Assembly (NCBI GenBank): GCA_964394855.1
Contig: CAYMZD010000001.1
Location: 120,107 to 184,106, forward strand
Direction of reading: 5' to 3'
DNA: 64,000 bases
Source: an uncultured Gammaproteobacteria bacterium
GTDB taxonomy: Bacteria > Patescibacteriota > Microgenomatia > Daviesbacterales > UBA10151
A program made the translations under genes and the position numbers. This document shows positions 37,758 through 47,248 of this stretch, piece after piece. A model generated the notes under the pieces. The model was not told where the DNA came from. It worked only from the letters and a program-made list of their open reading frames with translations, and did no database searches. Position 1 is the stretch's first letter. Each line of letters begins with the position of its first letter.

Positions 37758-39136
37758 GAGGCTTGTATTTTTGGCCCCCCTGGAGTATCTTCTATCTCAA
37801 AACCTTGCTTTTTGACTTCTTTACGCAGTTCATCAGCTTTTTTAAAGTTGCCGGCTTTTCTTAAATTCTCCCGTTTTTCCACCAGTTCCATGATATTTTT
37901 TGGCACCTCCAAGGGTTTACCTAAATACTGATCCAGACCAAGACCCAAAATCTTATCCATCTCCACAAGATCTTGTACTCTACTAGATGTTGAGGGATTA
38001 CTATGTACCATTTGCCAAAGTACCGCAACAGCTTGTGGTAGATTTAAGTCATTATTAGCAGCTTCCAAAAACTTCTGCCAATATTGGCCGCTACCACCTT
38101 TAGGTTGTTGCCACGGCCTTATCTCTTCTCTTAATTTATTTAAAGCAGCCTGGGCAGCTCCTAAAGATTTCCAGGTAAAATTTAACTTATCCCGGTAATG
38201 GGCTGTTAAAAATAAGTAGCGAAGGGCCAATGGATCAAATCCTTTTTCCTTAACATCATCAATGGTATAAAAATTCTTTTTACTTTTACTCATTTTCTCA
38301 CCATCTACTACTAAAAATTCATGATGCACCCAATATTTAACAAATGGTTTGCCAATTGCACCCTCTGATTGGGCAATTTCATTTTCATGATGCACTGGAA
38401 TATGATCCACCCCGCCGGTATGAATATCTAATGAGTCTCCCAGATACTCCATACTCATGGCCGAACATTCAATATGCCAGCCCGGGAAACCTTCACCCCA
38501 AGGTGAGGGCCATCTCATGGTATGATCCTTAAATTTGCCGACTGTAAAAAACCACAGGGCAAAATCTTGGGGATGTTTTTTTGCTTTATCAACCACCACT
38601 TCTTTTCTGGCGCCGGTTTTTTGCTCCTCCAGCTTTTGACCGGACAGCTTGCCGTAACTGGGGAATTTGGCAATATTAAAATAAATTGCCTCTTCTGTCT
38701 GATACGTAAAACTTTTTTTAACCAGCTTTTCAATCAGCTTAATTTGTTCGCCGATGTGTTCTGTGGCTCGACAGACTACATGGGGTCGTAAAACATTAAC
38801 TTGCTCCAATGACTTATAAAAGTAATCTGTAAAAAAATTGGCCACTTCCCAAACAGTTTCTCCACGATCTTTGGCTCCTTTTTCCAGTTTATCGTCACCT
38901 TCATCAGCGTCAGAAGTTAAATGACCTACGTCAGTGACATTTTGGACATGTTTAACATCAAATCCATTGGCCACCAAAACCCTTCTTAAAAGATCATCGC
39001 CAATATATTTTCTTAAATGCCCAATATGGGTATAGTCATAAACAGTTTGTCCGCAAGTATACATACCAACATGAGGTGGTTTAGTTGGTTTAAATTCCTC
39101 TACTTTTCTACTTAGGGTATTAAAAAGCTTCAGCAT
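37754..39136 (-). CDS. cysS: cysteinyl-tRNA synthetase
   Basis: 'CGQTVYDYTHIGHLRKY' (HIGH) and 'KMSKSKKN' (KMSKS). Zinc-ligand Cys/His positions conserved. Confidence 0.9.
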   Translation of the reverse strand: MLKLFNTLSRKVEEFKPTKPPHVGMYTCGQTVYDYTHIGHLRKYIGDDLLRRVLVANGFDVKHVQNVTDVGHLTSDADEGDDKLEKGAKDRGETVWEVANFFTDYFYKSLEQVNVLRPHVVCRATEHIGEQIKLIEKLVKKSFTYQTEEAIYFNIAKFPSYGKLSGQKLEEQKTGARKEVVVDKAKKHPQDFALWFFTVGKFKDHTMRWPSPWGEGFPGWHIECSAMSMEYLGDSLDIHTGGVDHIPVHHENEIAQSEGAIGKPFVKYWVHHEFLVVDGEKMSKSKKNFYTIDDVKEKGFDPLALRYLFLTAHYRDKLNFTWKSLGAAQAALNKLREEIRPWQQPKGGSGQYWQKFLEAANNDLNLPQAVAVLWQMVHSNPSTSSRVQDLVEMDKILGLGLDQYLGKPLEVPKNIMELVEKRENLRKAGNFKKADELRKEVKKQGFEIEDTPGGPKIQAS

Positions 39137-39179
39137 TAGCTAAAAGTATAAACCAAGCTTGAAATTTTATCCAGAGGGG

Positions 39180-39539
39180 TTATATTTTCTTAAGAAGTCT
39201 TCCATCAGGTGTAATCTCAATTCCCATCCTTTGATAAAATCCTCTAACTACATTTTCGTAACCCGATTCTGGAGCAAAGATTCCGGTTAACCGCCTGGCG
39301 CCAAACATCCTAGCAACACCTATAACATCAAATAATAATCCTTTCCCAATACCTTGACCCCTAACACACCTATTTACCTGGATTAGATCTAAATTTAATC
39401 CATCTTTTTCCTCTAAGGCTGCCACAGCACAACCAACGGTCTGCCCGTTTTCGGCTTGAGCAATAACCCTAAAAGATTTATCCCCAATATTAAATTCCAC
39501 TCTATTTTGCATAATAAAAAAACGACCCCTCTGAGTCAT
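39180..39539 (-). CDS. GNAT-family acetyltransferase (small)
   Basis: 'VRGQGIGKGLLFDVIGVARMFGA' acetyl-CoA binding pattern. Confidence 0.55.
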   Translation of the reverse strand: MTQRGRFFIMQNRVEFNIGDKSFRVIAQAENGQTVGCAVAALEEKDGLNLDLIQVNRCVRGQGIGKGLLFDVIGVARMFGARRLTGIFAPESGYENVVRGFYQRMGIEITPDGRLLKKI

Positions 39540-39611
39540 CTAACTATAAGTTATTATATCACAAATACTTAGCTAGTCAAGCAATATACTAATTTTAGCT
39601 CTTCTCACTTT

Positions 39612-40037
39612 TTAACCTCCAACTCCACCTTTTATTTCTGTTTTTCTTTGAGTTCTGACTAAATTTATATCCTTTTTTTGTTTTTTCACAATTTCAAATT
39701 GTTTAACTTGTTTTTGCTGTGCCATGGTTTGAAGCCGCTGCATTTCCTTTTGTTTTTGCGCTTCCCTTAACTTTCTTTGAGCTTCATCCAAACTTCTCCA
39801 CCAGGCTACTTTTCTTCTGGCTTCTGTCAGCTTATTTTGGGTATCTTGTTGTTTCTGTTGGATCTGCTGGGGAGTCAGTTGTTTTGGTCCGGCCACCACA
39901 GCCTTCACTCCAGATTCGATGGCTTTTCCCACTTCATCTGCTACCGGTTTTACCACAGCATCGCTCACATCTTCAAATGTCCCGCCAATAATATTCTTGG
40001 ACATTTCTAACCCTCCTAATTCTAATATTATAGTCAC
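39612..40037 (-). CDS. hypothetical Lys/Gln-rich coiled-coil protein
   Basis: Low-complexity KQ-rich ORF. Likely true start at the internal 'MSKNIIGG'. Confidence 0.3.
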   Translation of the reverse strand: MTIILELGGLEMSKNIIGGTFEDVSDAVVKPVADEVGKAIESGVKAVVAGPKQLTPQQIQQKQQDTQNKLTEARRKVAWWRSLDEAQRKLREAQKQKEMQRLQTMAQQKQVKQFEIVKKQKKDINLVRTQRKTEIKGGVGG

Positions 40038-40071
40038 GTTACCGAAATGTCCAGCACGTATCTTTTAATGT

Positions 40072-41367
40072 TTAAAGAATTGATAAAATTTCAGTAAATT
40101 TTTTAATATGTGCTTTGGAATTTTCAATTGGGCCTTGCACCACTAAATTAAGTTTACTAAAATCCCAATATTTTTGCATAAACTCCATGATATCTTTTTT
40201 GGTGACTTTTTTAATCAACTTAACATATTCTTCCGGGGTGTATATTTTATCTTCCCACAGTAAATCATTTTCCATCCAACCGGCAATTGAATTCGGATGA
40301 TCAAACTGCATTAAGGCATTATTAACCCGGTAATTTTTGGCAAAATCAATTTCCTCACTGGTTGGCCCATTTTTTATGAATGCGGATAACTCTTCTGTGA
40401 TCAGCCTTAATACCTCTTCTGTGTGCTCCGTGGAACTTTCCGTAGAAATACCACTGTAAGCAAAATGTTGATAAATTGCCGTATAAAGATTCAAATTATA
40501 AACCAAACCCCTTCTCTGCACTAACAATCTCCACAGTCTACTGGCATGTAGCCCAGTTAAAATAGTGCGAATCAGTGTCTGTGGAAGCTGTACGGGTAAT
40601 GGATAATCATCACTGATTGATGGAAAAGATAAATTTATGCTGCAACTTTTTAAATTATTATCTTCTCTAATATCTACAGTTCTTACTGATAAATGGTTGT
40701 TGGTAAGTTTAGGAAATCCGGAAAATTTTTTAGGTGAGTAATTTTTAAAAGCTTGAGAAACAATACTTTTGATATGATCATTTTTGAATCCTCCCACCAA
40801 AACCAAATAGGTATTTTTAGGAAAGAAAAAACTTTCCCAGTAACTTACCAGATTTTTTCTGTTAAGTTTTGTGACTACTTCTGCTAAACCACCTCCATCT
40901 AATAAAAGGGGGTGCCCTTTTCTAAATCTGACCCTGGAGAAAAATTGAGATTTTTTATACCAATCCTGATTTTGTCTTTCTCTAATTTCTTCCAAAATAA
41001 CTTCTCTGCCTTTTTCTATGGCTTCTTGGGGAAATAACGGTTGAAAAAACACTTCACCTATAATTTTTAAAATATCTTCTAGGTGCGGGGCAGGAGCATT
41101 CATGTATAATCTGATTATTTGACTACCCGTATATGCTCCAAAACTGCCTGACAATTTTTCAATAAAATCTGTTAAAGTTTCAATATTGGGGAAGCTGGGA
41201 GTTCCCTCAAATAAAATATGTTCCATAAAATGGGCGGTGCCGGAGGTTTTCTCTGTATCAAAAATAGAGCCTGCCTTGACAGCTACGGAGACATAAACAG
41301 ATCTCATTTGAGGAATGCAGTAAGTTGCTACTTTCATGCCATTTTTTAAAGTAAAAGTTTGAAGCAT
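40072..41367 (-). CDS. M16-family zinc peptidase (second copy)
   Basis: 'HFMEHILFEG' HxxEH motif. 1-bp overlap with recR. Confidence 0.7.
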   Translation of the reverse strand: MLQTFTLKNGMKVATYCIPQMRSVYVSVAVKAGSIFDTEKTSGTAHFMEHILFEGTPSFPNIETLTDFIEKLSGSFGAYTGSQIIRLYMNAPAPHLEDILKIIGEVFFQPLFPQEAIEKGREVILEEIRERQNQDWYKKSQFFSRVRFRKGHPLLLDGGGLAEVVTKLNRKNLVSYWESFFFPKNTYLVLVGGFKNDHIKSIVSQAFKNYSPKKFSGFPKLTNNHLSVRTVDIREDNNLKSCSINLSFPSISDDYPLPVQLPQTLIRTILTGLHASRLWRLLVQRRGLVYNLNLYTAIYQHFAYSGISTESSTEHTEEVLRLITEELSAFIKNGPTSEEIDFAKNYRVNNALMQFDHPNSIAGWMENDLLWEDKIYTPEEYVKLIKKVTKKDIMEFMQKYWDFSKLNLVVQGPIENSKAHIKKFTEILSIL

Positions 41368-41960
41368 TAGTACTCCTTTCTTCCTTCCAGCGCTCGGGAA
41401 AGCGTAGTTTCATCAGCATACTCCAAATCCCCACCGACCGGTAGTCCCCTGGCAATTCTGGTAATTTTTACACCCAAGGGGGAAATTAATCTTTGGATAT
41501 ACATGGCCGTGGCCTCACCTTCCATGGTGGGATTGGTAGCTAGGATAATCTCTTTTATTTGTCCGTTTTTTAAACGACCCAGAATCTCCCGGATGTGAAG
41601 CTGGTCTGGCCCGATATTTTCCAAAGGGGCAATGACCCCATGTAAAACATGGTACAACCCCTTGTAGCCAGCCCGCTCCATTGCCAATACATCTAGTGGA
41701 TCTTCCACTATGGCCATTACTGATGAGTCACGACCAGAATCAACACACACCTGGCAGGGATCTTCTTCTCCAATGTTAAAACAGATACTACAAAGAATAG
41801 TTTTTTCTTTCATATCTTGGGCTGATTTGGCAAGATTCTCTGCTTCTTCTTTGGGGGCATGAAGTAGATAGTAAGTGAGCCTTTGGGCTGTTTTGGGACC
41901 AATTCCGGGAAGTCTTTCAAATGCCTCAATTAAATTTTGCACACTCTTGGGAACTTGCAT
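41367..41960 (-). CDS. recR: recombination protein RecR
   Basis: HhH N-terminus, C4 zinc finger 'CSICFNIGEEDPCQVC', and a Toprim domain. Confidence 0.9.
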   Translation of the reverse strand: MQVPKSVQNLIEAFERLPGIGPKTAQRLTYYLLHAPKEEAENLAKSAQDMKEKTILCSICFNIGEEDPCQVCVDSGRDSSVMAIVEDPLDVLAMERAGYKGLYHVLHGVIAPLENIGPDQLHIREILGRLKNGQIKEIILATNPTMEGEATAMYIQRLISPLGVKITRIARGLPVGGDLEYADETTLSRALEGRKEY

Positions 41961-41979
41961 GAGGCAATTCTATCACAAA

Positions 41980-42258
41980 TTACATTCCTGGTAATCCCAT
42001 ACCACCCAGCATAGGTTTCATTTCATCCGCTGCCACTTTTTGACATTGCTTCATGGCCTCATTAACAGCATGAGTGACTTTTTCAAGATCGGGCTGGCCT
42101 GTAATTGACACAACTTTTTGATCGGCAGTCATCACCACTGTAACTCCTTGATGTTCTACGGTAATGCGGATTTGGGCCAATTTTTTCTGCATCTCTAAGG
42201 CAGAATCCCGCATTTTTTTCAAATCCCCTAATTGTTTTAAATTATCTAAGAGTCCCAT
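41980..42258 (-). CDS. ybaB: nucleoid-associated protein YbaB/EbfC
   Basis: 92 aa, 'MGLLDNLKQLGDLKKMRDSALEMQKKL...VTVVMTADQKVVSI'. Confidence 0.85.
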   Translation of the reverse strand: MGLLDNLKQLGDLKKMRDSALEMQKKLAQIRITVEHQGVTVVMTADQKVVSITGQPDLEKVTHAVNEAMKQCQKVAADEMKPMLGGMGLPGM

Positions 42259-42273
42259 GATATATATTTTACA

Positions 42274-43005
42274 TTATCCTTTTGGATATTGCTCAATAGC
42301 TAGTTTTTTTGCCCTTTCTAAAATAGAATATTCTTCCGGTAAAATTAATCTGCTGGTTCTATTGCAAGTGACAATACCTAAAGCTGCATCTTTCCAAAAA
42401 TCAATCTGAAGTCTGTGTTCCACTGGCAACACCCTGGCAGCTAGCTCTTCCGGGCTATCTTCACCCATTATCTTAACTTTACTGGTTGCTACTAAATCCC
42501 CTTTGTCATATATCTCATTGACTTGATGAATTGTGGCTGCAGTTGAAAAAGGTCTTTTAACCCCTCTCACAAAATTTAAAACAGCAGCATGGACTCTTAA
42601 ACCATACATTCCTTGTCCACCAAAATCAGGATATCCTGGATCAAGTGGTCCTGGGTGTTGATTAACAATCCTGCCTGTAAATTCTTTTACTACATTGGGA
42701 GGGGTCAAAATCATCCAGCCATTTTGAGAAATATGAGTGACATTGTACCGTGATAATTTATCTAAGAGGGCTTCCCCATATTTTAATCTTGATGCCATTA
42801 CGTCTTCTTCTCCATTTTTAAAAACCTTAAAAGGCGCCCTTGGCATAATTTCCACCGGTACATCTAATCTTTTGGCTTTCTCTACCACTCCTGCGTCAGC
42901 GTTATTACAAATAACTAATACCACATCAACAACCCTGGATTTTATAATCGCTTCAGCGGTAGTTCCTCCACCTGAAGCCAAAATTGCTAAACTTATTCTT
43001 TCCAT
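42274..43005 (-). CDS. formyltransferase-family protein (PurN/Fmt N-terminal catalytic domain only)
   Basis: 'ILASGGGTTAE' (SGxGSN-like) and 'VNQHPGPLDPGYPDFGG' (NxHPSLLP-like). Too short for canonical Fmt. Confidence 0.45.
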   Translation of the reverse strand: MERISLAILASGGGTTAEAIIKSRVVDVVLVICNNADAGVVEKAKRLDVPVEIMPRAPFKVFKNGEEDVMASRLKYGEALLDKLSRYNVTHISQNGWMILTPPNVVKEFTGRIVNQHPGPLDPGYPDFGGQGMYGLRVHAAVLNFVRGVKRPFSTAATIHQVNEIYDKGDLVATSKVKIMGEDSPEELAARVLPVEHRLQIDFWKDAALGIVTCNRTSRLILPEEYSILERAKKLAIEQYPKG

Positions 43006-44507
43006 TAATCAACTAGTTTACCATTAAAAATTTCCGAGGCCATAGAAATAATTTCATCATCAGCTGCCACCTCCACATTGGCAATATCCTCTATCCGCTG
43101 GGGTCTTGTCCCCAAAACAGTAGAAACTTTGACTGGTTTAGATAAAACATCAGATAAAACTGATTCTAATAAGTCTTTACTTTTAGCAGCTTCCAAAATT
43201 CGCTGATGAAAAGAATATGGCACTTCCAAAAGTACCACCCCATTTGAGCAATCGGCAATTTTAACGCTGCGAAGAAGAGCTTCCAGTGAAAAATTAAAAG
43301 GCCTAATGGTTTCCAAAACAAAAGTCCATTTTTCTTTTATTTTGGATAATTCTGACATATCTCCTTTTTCTGCTTGAGGATCTTCTACAGAATTATCCAT
43401 TTTTTGATTTTTATCACTTTCTTTACTGAAAGTATTATCGTTTCCACATATTTCTACCACTGCTATTTCCAGCGGTAATGATGGAATTGAAGCTACTTTT
43501 AATTTCTCCCCAGCCTCTTGTAATTTATCCAAGCCACTTATTACCTCTGATGTAGAAAGCTTATCCGCCAACTCCAGCAAAATATCATATTTATCACTAC
43601 CCACTTCTTCTTTCACCAGCTGCAAGCCCAATCCATTTTTTATAAAAAGTAACTGTCTTAAAAAACCCATTAATGATGAAGTCAACTCTTTGGCATTTAT
43701 TCCCTTTTCCATCTGCTGGTTAACTTGTGACAGTGCCAAGGAACTATCTTTTTTGGCTAAAGCTTGTAAAAGTTCAACTGTCACTTGAAAATCACTCACC
43801 TTTATCCCTTCGTTTACTAATCTTTCTGTAATTTCTTGACCAGTTGATGCCAACTGATCCAATAGTTTTACCGCGTCTCTGAAACTTCCTTCAGCTGTTT
43901 TGGCCAAAAGTCTTAAAGCTCCCTCTGTAGTTTTGATTTTTTCCGGCTTTGCCACCACCTCTAAAGCTTGCACCAAATCAGTCATGGAAGCCAATTTAAA
44001 ATCTAACCTTTGCACACGAGATAAAATTGTCTGGGGAATTTTCGAGCTTTCAGTGGTAGCTAAAATAAATAGAGCATGAGAAGGAGGTTCTTCTAGGGTT
44101 TTAAGCAGTGCATTAAAGGCTTCTGTAGTGAGCATATGCACCTCATCAATAATATAGACTTTCTTTTGAGCAGAGCTGGGGACCAACTTGATATTCTCAC
44201 GCAGCGCTCGAACATCATCTATCCCCCTATTAGAGGCGGCATCAATCTCTATTAAATCAAGGTTGGATCCATCTGTAATACTTAAACACATACTACATTT
44301 ATTACACGGAGGATTTTTGTCCTGGCAATTAACCATTTTGGCTAAAATTCGAGCTGTTGAGGTTTTACCTGTTCCCCGAGGACCCACCAAAAGATAAGCA
44401 TGAGCAAGTTTTCCCGCTTTAAAAGCATCAGTCAGGGTTTTTTTAACAGCTGGCTGCCCCACCAGCTCTTCTAAAGTTTGTGGTCTGTATTTTCGATATA
44501 AAACCAT
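43005..44507 (-). CDS. dnaX: DNA polymerase III subunit gamma/tau
   Basis: 'YRKYRPQTLEELVGQ', Walker A 'GPRGTGKTSTARILAK', zinc module 'CNKCSMC', 'IIDEVHMLT', and SRC 'ILSRVQ'. Confidence 0.85.
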   Translation of the reverse strand: MVLYRKYRPQTLEELVGQPAVKKTLTDAFKAGKLAHAYLLVGPRGTGKTSTARILAKMVNCQDKNPPCNKCSMCLSITDGSNLDLIEIDAASNRGIDDVRALRENIKLVPSSAQKKVYIIDEVHMLTTEAFNALLKTLEEPPSHALFILATTESSKIPQTILSRVQRLDFKLASMTDLVQALEVVAKPEKIKTTEGALRLLAKTAEGSFRDAVKLLDQLASTGQEITERLVNEGIKVSDFQVTVELLQALAKKDSSLALSQVNQQMEKGINAKELTSSLMGFLRQLLFIKNGLGLQLVKEEVGSDKYDILLELADKLSTSEVISGLDKLQEAGEKLKVASIPSLPLEIAVVEICGNDNTFSKESDKNQKMDNSVEDPQAEKGDMSELSKIKEKWTFVLETIRPFNFSLEALLRSVKIADCSNGVVLLEVPYSFHQRILEAAKSKDLLESVLSDVLSKPVKVSTVLGTRPQRIEDIANVEVAADDEIISMASEIFNGKLVD

Positions 44508-44929
44508 TAATTTTCACCTGCATGATGAATGCCTAGTAGGTGCAAAACTCCATGTTCTACCAAAGCTTTAATCTCCTCGTCAACAGAAATACCGTCTAAT
44601 CCGGCATCTTCTACCACTTGAGGATAGGATAAAACAATATCACCCAATCGCAAAATTTTATCAGGCGCTGTCACAAATCCGACTCTGGGGATGTGCTGCA
44701 AGAAAGCTGGACTGGAGTCTTCCAGGGCAAAAGATAAGATATCAGTACTTTCATCAATTCCCCTATATTTTCTATTCAATTCATGCATTTTCCTATCACC
44801 CACCACATTAATACCTACTTCAATTCTGCCCTTAATATTATGTCTAGATAATGCCTCTAATACAGCAGCTCTAATACCAGCTTTGTTAATAGTATATCTT
44901 GAATCAGATGAAATTATGATGTTGATCAT
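44507..44929 (-). CDS. ybeY: rRNA maturation endoribonuclease YbeY
   Basis: 'HGVLHLLGIHH' H3xH5xH zinc motif. Confidence 0.8.
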   Translation of the reverse strand: MINIIISSDSRYTINKAGIRAAVLEALSRHNIKGRIEVGINVVGDRKMHELNRKYRGIDESTDILSFALEDSSPAFLQHIPRVGFVTAPDKILRLGDIVLSYPQVVEDAGLDGISVDEEIKALVEHGVLHLLGIHHAGEN

Positions 44930-45375
44930 TGGCTGTTTAGTTTTTCCTTTACCAGGGCACTTACTCTACTCCCATCTACTTGGCCTGCCACCCTACTCAT
45001 TACCACTCCCATTACTTTGCCCAAATCAGTTAAAGAATTTGCCCCTAATTCTTTTATAACCTCATCTACCACTTCTGTCAACTCCGTATCTGAAAGTTGG
45101 CTTGGCAAGTACTTTGCTAATATTTGCGCCTCTAGGTCTTCTTTTTGAGCCTGCTGCTGCCTCTCTCCTTGTCTAAATCCCAAAGCAGCTTCTTTTCTTT
45201 TTTTAATTTCCCGTTGGATAATTAAGATTATATCCCCATCAGATATTTCTTTTTCTTGTCCAAGAAGAATTTGGCTGTTATGGATCTCTGATAAAAGAAG
45301 TCTCAACACTGAAACCTTTAGTTCGTCTCTGGCAAGTTGAGCTTTCTTTAAATCTTCTTGTAGTTGAGCCAGCAT
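44926..45375 (-). CDS. GatB/YqeY-domain protein
   Basis: N-terminus 'LKKAQLARDELKVSVLRLLLSEI' typical of YqeY. Confidence 0.65.
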   Translation of the reverse strand: MLAQLQEDLKKAQLARDELKVSVLRLLLSEIHNSQILLGQEKEISDGDIILIIQREIKKRKEAALGFRQGERQQQAQKEDLEAQILAKYLPSQLSDTELTEVVDEVIKELGANSLTDLGKVMGVVMSRVAGQVDGSRVSALVKEKLNSQ

Positions 45376-45377
45376 CT

Positions 45378-45575
45378 TTATATTCCTAGCCTACGAGCTC
45401 GCATAATTTTGCGACGCTTTTCTGCTAAATATTCTTGACGAAGCTGTGATGGTTTCTTATGAGCCACCCTATCTCTTATTTCTTGAATAATACCTTCAGC
45501 AACCACCTGTTTTTGAAATCTTCTAATGACTGAATCTGTATTATCATTTGCTCCTGCTTTTATGACAATTGCCAT
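45378..45575 (-). CDS. rpsU: 30S ribosomal protein S21
   Basis: 'SVIRRFQKQVVAEGIIQEIRDRVAHKKPSQLRQ...RRK'. Confidence 0.85.
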   Translation of the reverse strand: MAIVIKAGANDNTDSVIRRFQKQVVAEGIIQEIRDRVAHKKPSQLRQEYLAEKRRKIMRARRLGI

Positions 45576-45597
45576 ATTTTATTAAAACACCTCCTTA

Positions 45598-45930
45598 CTA
45601 TACCATCTTCTTCCAGTGTCCACCTAAAAAGTGAAAATGTAAATGGGGAAGATGTTGGGCAGAACCCCCATTTACCACCAAACGATATAAATCCTGTTCC
45701 AGATGATTTGCGTCTACCAACCTTTTAGCCACTTCAAAAACTTCAGTTAAAATCTGACTGTGCCCTTCATCAATCTCTCCCATCCCCCTGATATGTTCCT
45801 TAGGCACAATTAAAAGATGAATGGCTGCCGAAGGATTAATATCAGGAAAAGCCACTACTTTGTCTGATTCATAGACAAAGTTGGTCGGAATTTCTTTTTT
45901 AATGATTTTGCAAAAAATGCAACTGCCCAC
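45598..45930 (-). CDS. HIT-family (histidine triad) nucleotide hydrolase
   Basis: 'CIFCKII' zinc-ribbon start and 'HLPHLHFHFLGG' histidine triad. Confidence 0.8.
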   Translation of the reverse strand: MGSCIFCKIIKKEIPTNFVYESDKVVAFPDINPSAAIHLLIVPKEHIRGMGEIDEGHSQILTEVFEVAKRLVDANHLEQDLYRLVVNGGSAQHLPHLHFHFLGGHWKKMV

Positions 45931-45944
45931 TTTTTTATTTTAAC

Positions 45945-47012
45945 TTAAACAACAACCAAATTCTTAAGCAGATTGAGTGTTCTTGTTTGACGAAGAGCAT
46001 GACGTAAATGTAACCTGGGTTCCTCTACCTCAAACTGCTGCTTGACACGAGCATCTTGAATTTTATCAATTTCCGCTTGGAGTTCTTGATCGCTGATGGT
46101 GACATTTTCCATTCTGGCAATCTCCGCCAGACCCAGCTCCATCCGCACATTTTTTTCAGCTTGGGGTTTCCATTCACGGCGGAGCTGTTCTAGGGTTTTT
46201 CCCTGACTCCGCAAATAGTCTTCCATTAAAAGTCCTGTGTCAGAAACTCGCCTCTGTAGAGAAACCAGCATTCTATTTAAATCATCTTCAATTAAAATAT
46301 CAGGTAGCTCGACCGTGGTAATTTTTTCCACTTCTTGTAAAATGGCTTCTTCAAAATCTAATTCATTATTAAAGGAGTTGTGGTTTTCTAGGTCTTTTCG
46401 AATTTTCATCTTTAATTCAGTCAGGCTGATTGCTCCCATGGCTTTGGCAAAGTTATCATCTGGCCCTAAAGTTTGTCCATTTGGTTGAAAATTTATTGAT
46501 CCTGCTTGGTTTACTGGCTTGTCTGATGGCTGTTTCGCCTGCTCCGCCGGCAGGCGAGTCTTCCATCTTTTATATAAATCATCAATGACTTTATTGACCT
46601 CTTCTTCGGTGATAGGTTTTAAAGGGGGTCTTGTCACTCGGATAGTTTTGTAATTTCCCACAGTAACTGTTGGCCTGTTGGTCACACTGGCTTTATACAC
46701 TAAACCCTGACCCTTAACAAATGAGGTCACTTGGTATTTGGGGAAATCAATTGGCACGATATCAGTCCCTTTTAGGGCCTCAATTAAAAAAACAGGCATG
46801 GCATCTTTTAAGGCCTCATCTTGAAGTTTTACTCCCAGGGAGTTTTCTGCCATATTTAGTGGAACTTGGCCTTTTCTAAAACCCGGCTGTTCCATATCTT
46901 GAGTAAGTCTTTGCAGAGTTTCATTCCATTTGGGCTCCAAATCAGCCCACGGAACGCTCACTTCCACCTCCACCAAAGATTTAGGGTGTTTACTAATATT
47001 TTTACTAATCAT
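45945..47012 (-). CDS. tig: trigger factor (short form)
   Basis: N-terminal ribosome-binding signature 'GFRKGQVP'. Domain order fits TF, though it is short at 355 aa. Confidence 0.65.
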   Translation of the reverse strand: MISKNISKHPKSLVEVEVSVPWADLEPKWNETLQRLTQDMEQPGFRKGQVPLNMAENSLGVKLQDEALKDAMPVFLIEALKGTDIVPIDFPKYQVTSFVKGQGLVYKASVTNRPTVTVGNYKTIRVTRPPLKPITEEEVNKVIDDLYKRWKTRLPAEQAKQPSDKPVNQAGSINFQPNGQTLGPDDNFAKAMGAISLTELKMKIRKDLENHNSFNNELDFEEAILQEVEKITTVELPDILIEDDLNRMLVSLQRRVSDTGLLMEDYLRSQGKTLEQLRREWKPQAEKNVRMELGLAEIARMENVTISDQELQAEIDKIQDARVKQQFEVEEPRLHLRHALRQTRTLNLLKNLVVV

Positions 47013-47049
47013 TTTATTCTTGTTACTTTATCAGAAGATGAGTTTAAAA

Positions 47050-47244
47050 TCAACTGAGGTTCAAATCAACCCAACAATCTTCTGGACCAAAATCTCTTCC
47101 CAATACCTCCCTTAAGTATTGTTTCGGCCACTCATCAAGTTCTTTTCCTCGGGGTGGACGGTTATTTCTTTCCATAAATACTCTTCTATATAAATCCTCT
47201 GGTTCTATAATCCTTGGTTCACCTTCACTTGGTTCATTTTCCAC
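47050..47244 (-). CDS. hypothetical small acidic protein
   Basis: Fits exactly between tig and proS. Nothing else supports it. Confidence 0.25.
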   Translation of the reverse strand: MENEPSEGEPRIIEPEDLYRRVFMERNNRPPRGKELDEWPKQYLREVLGRDFGPEDCWVDLNLS

Positions 47245-47248
47245 AGTC

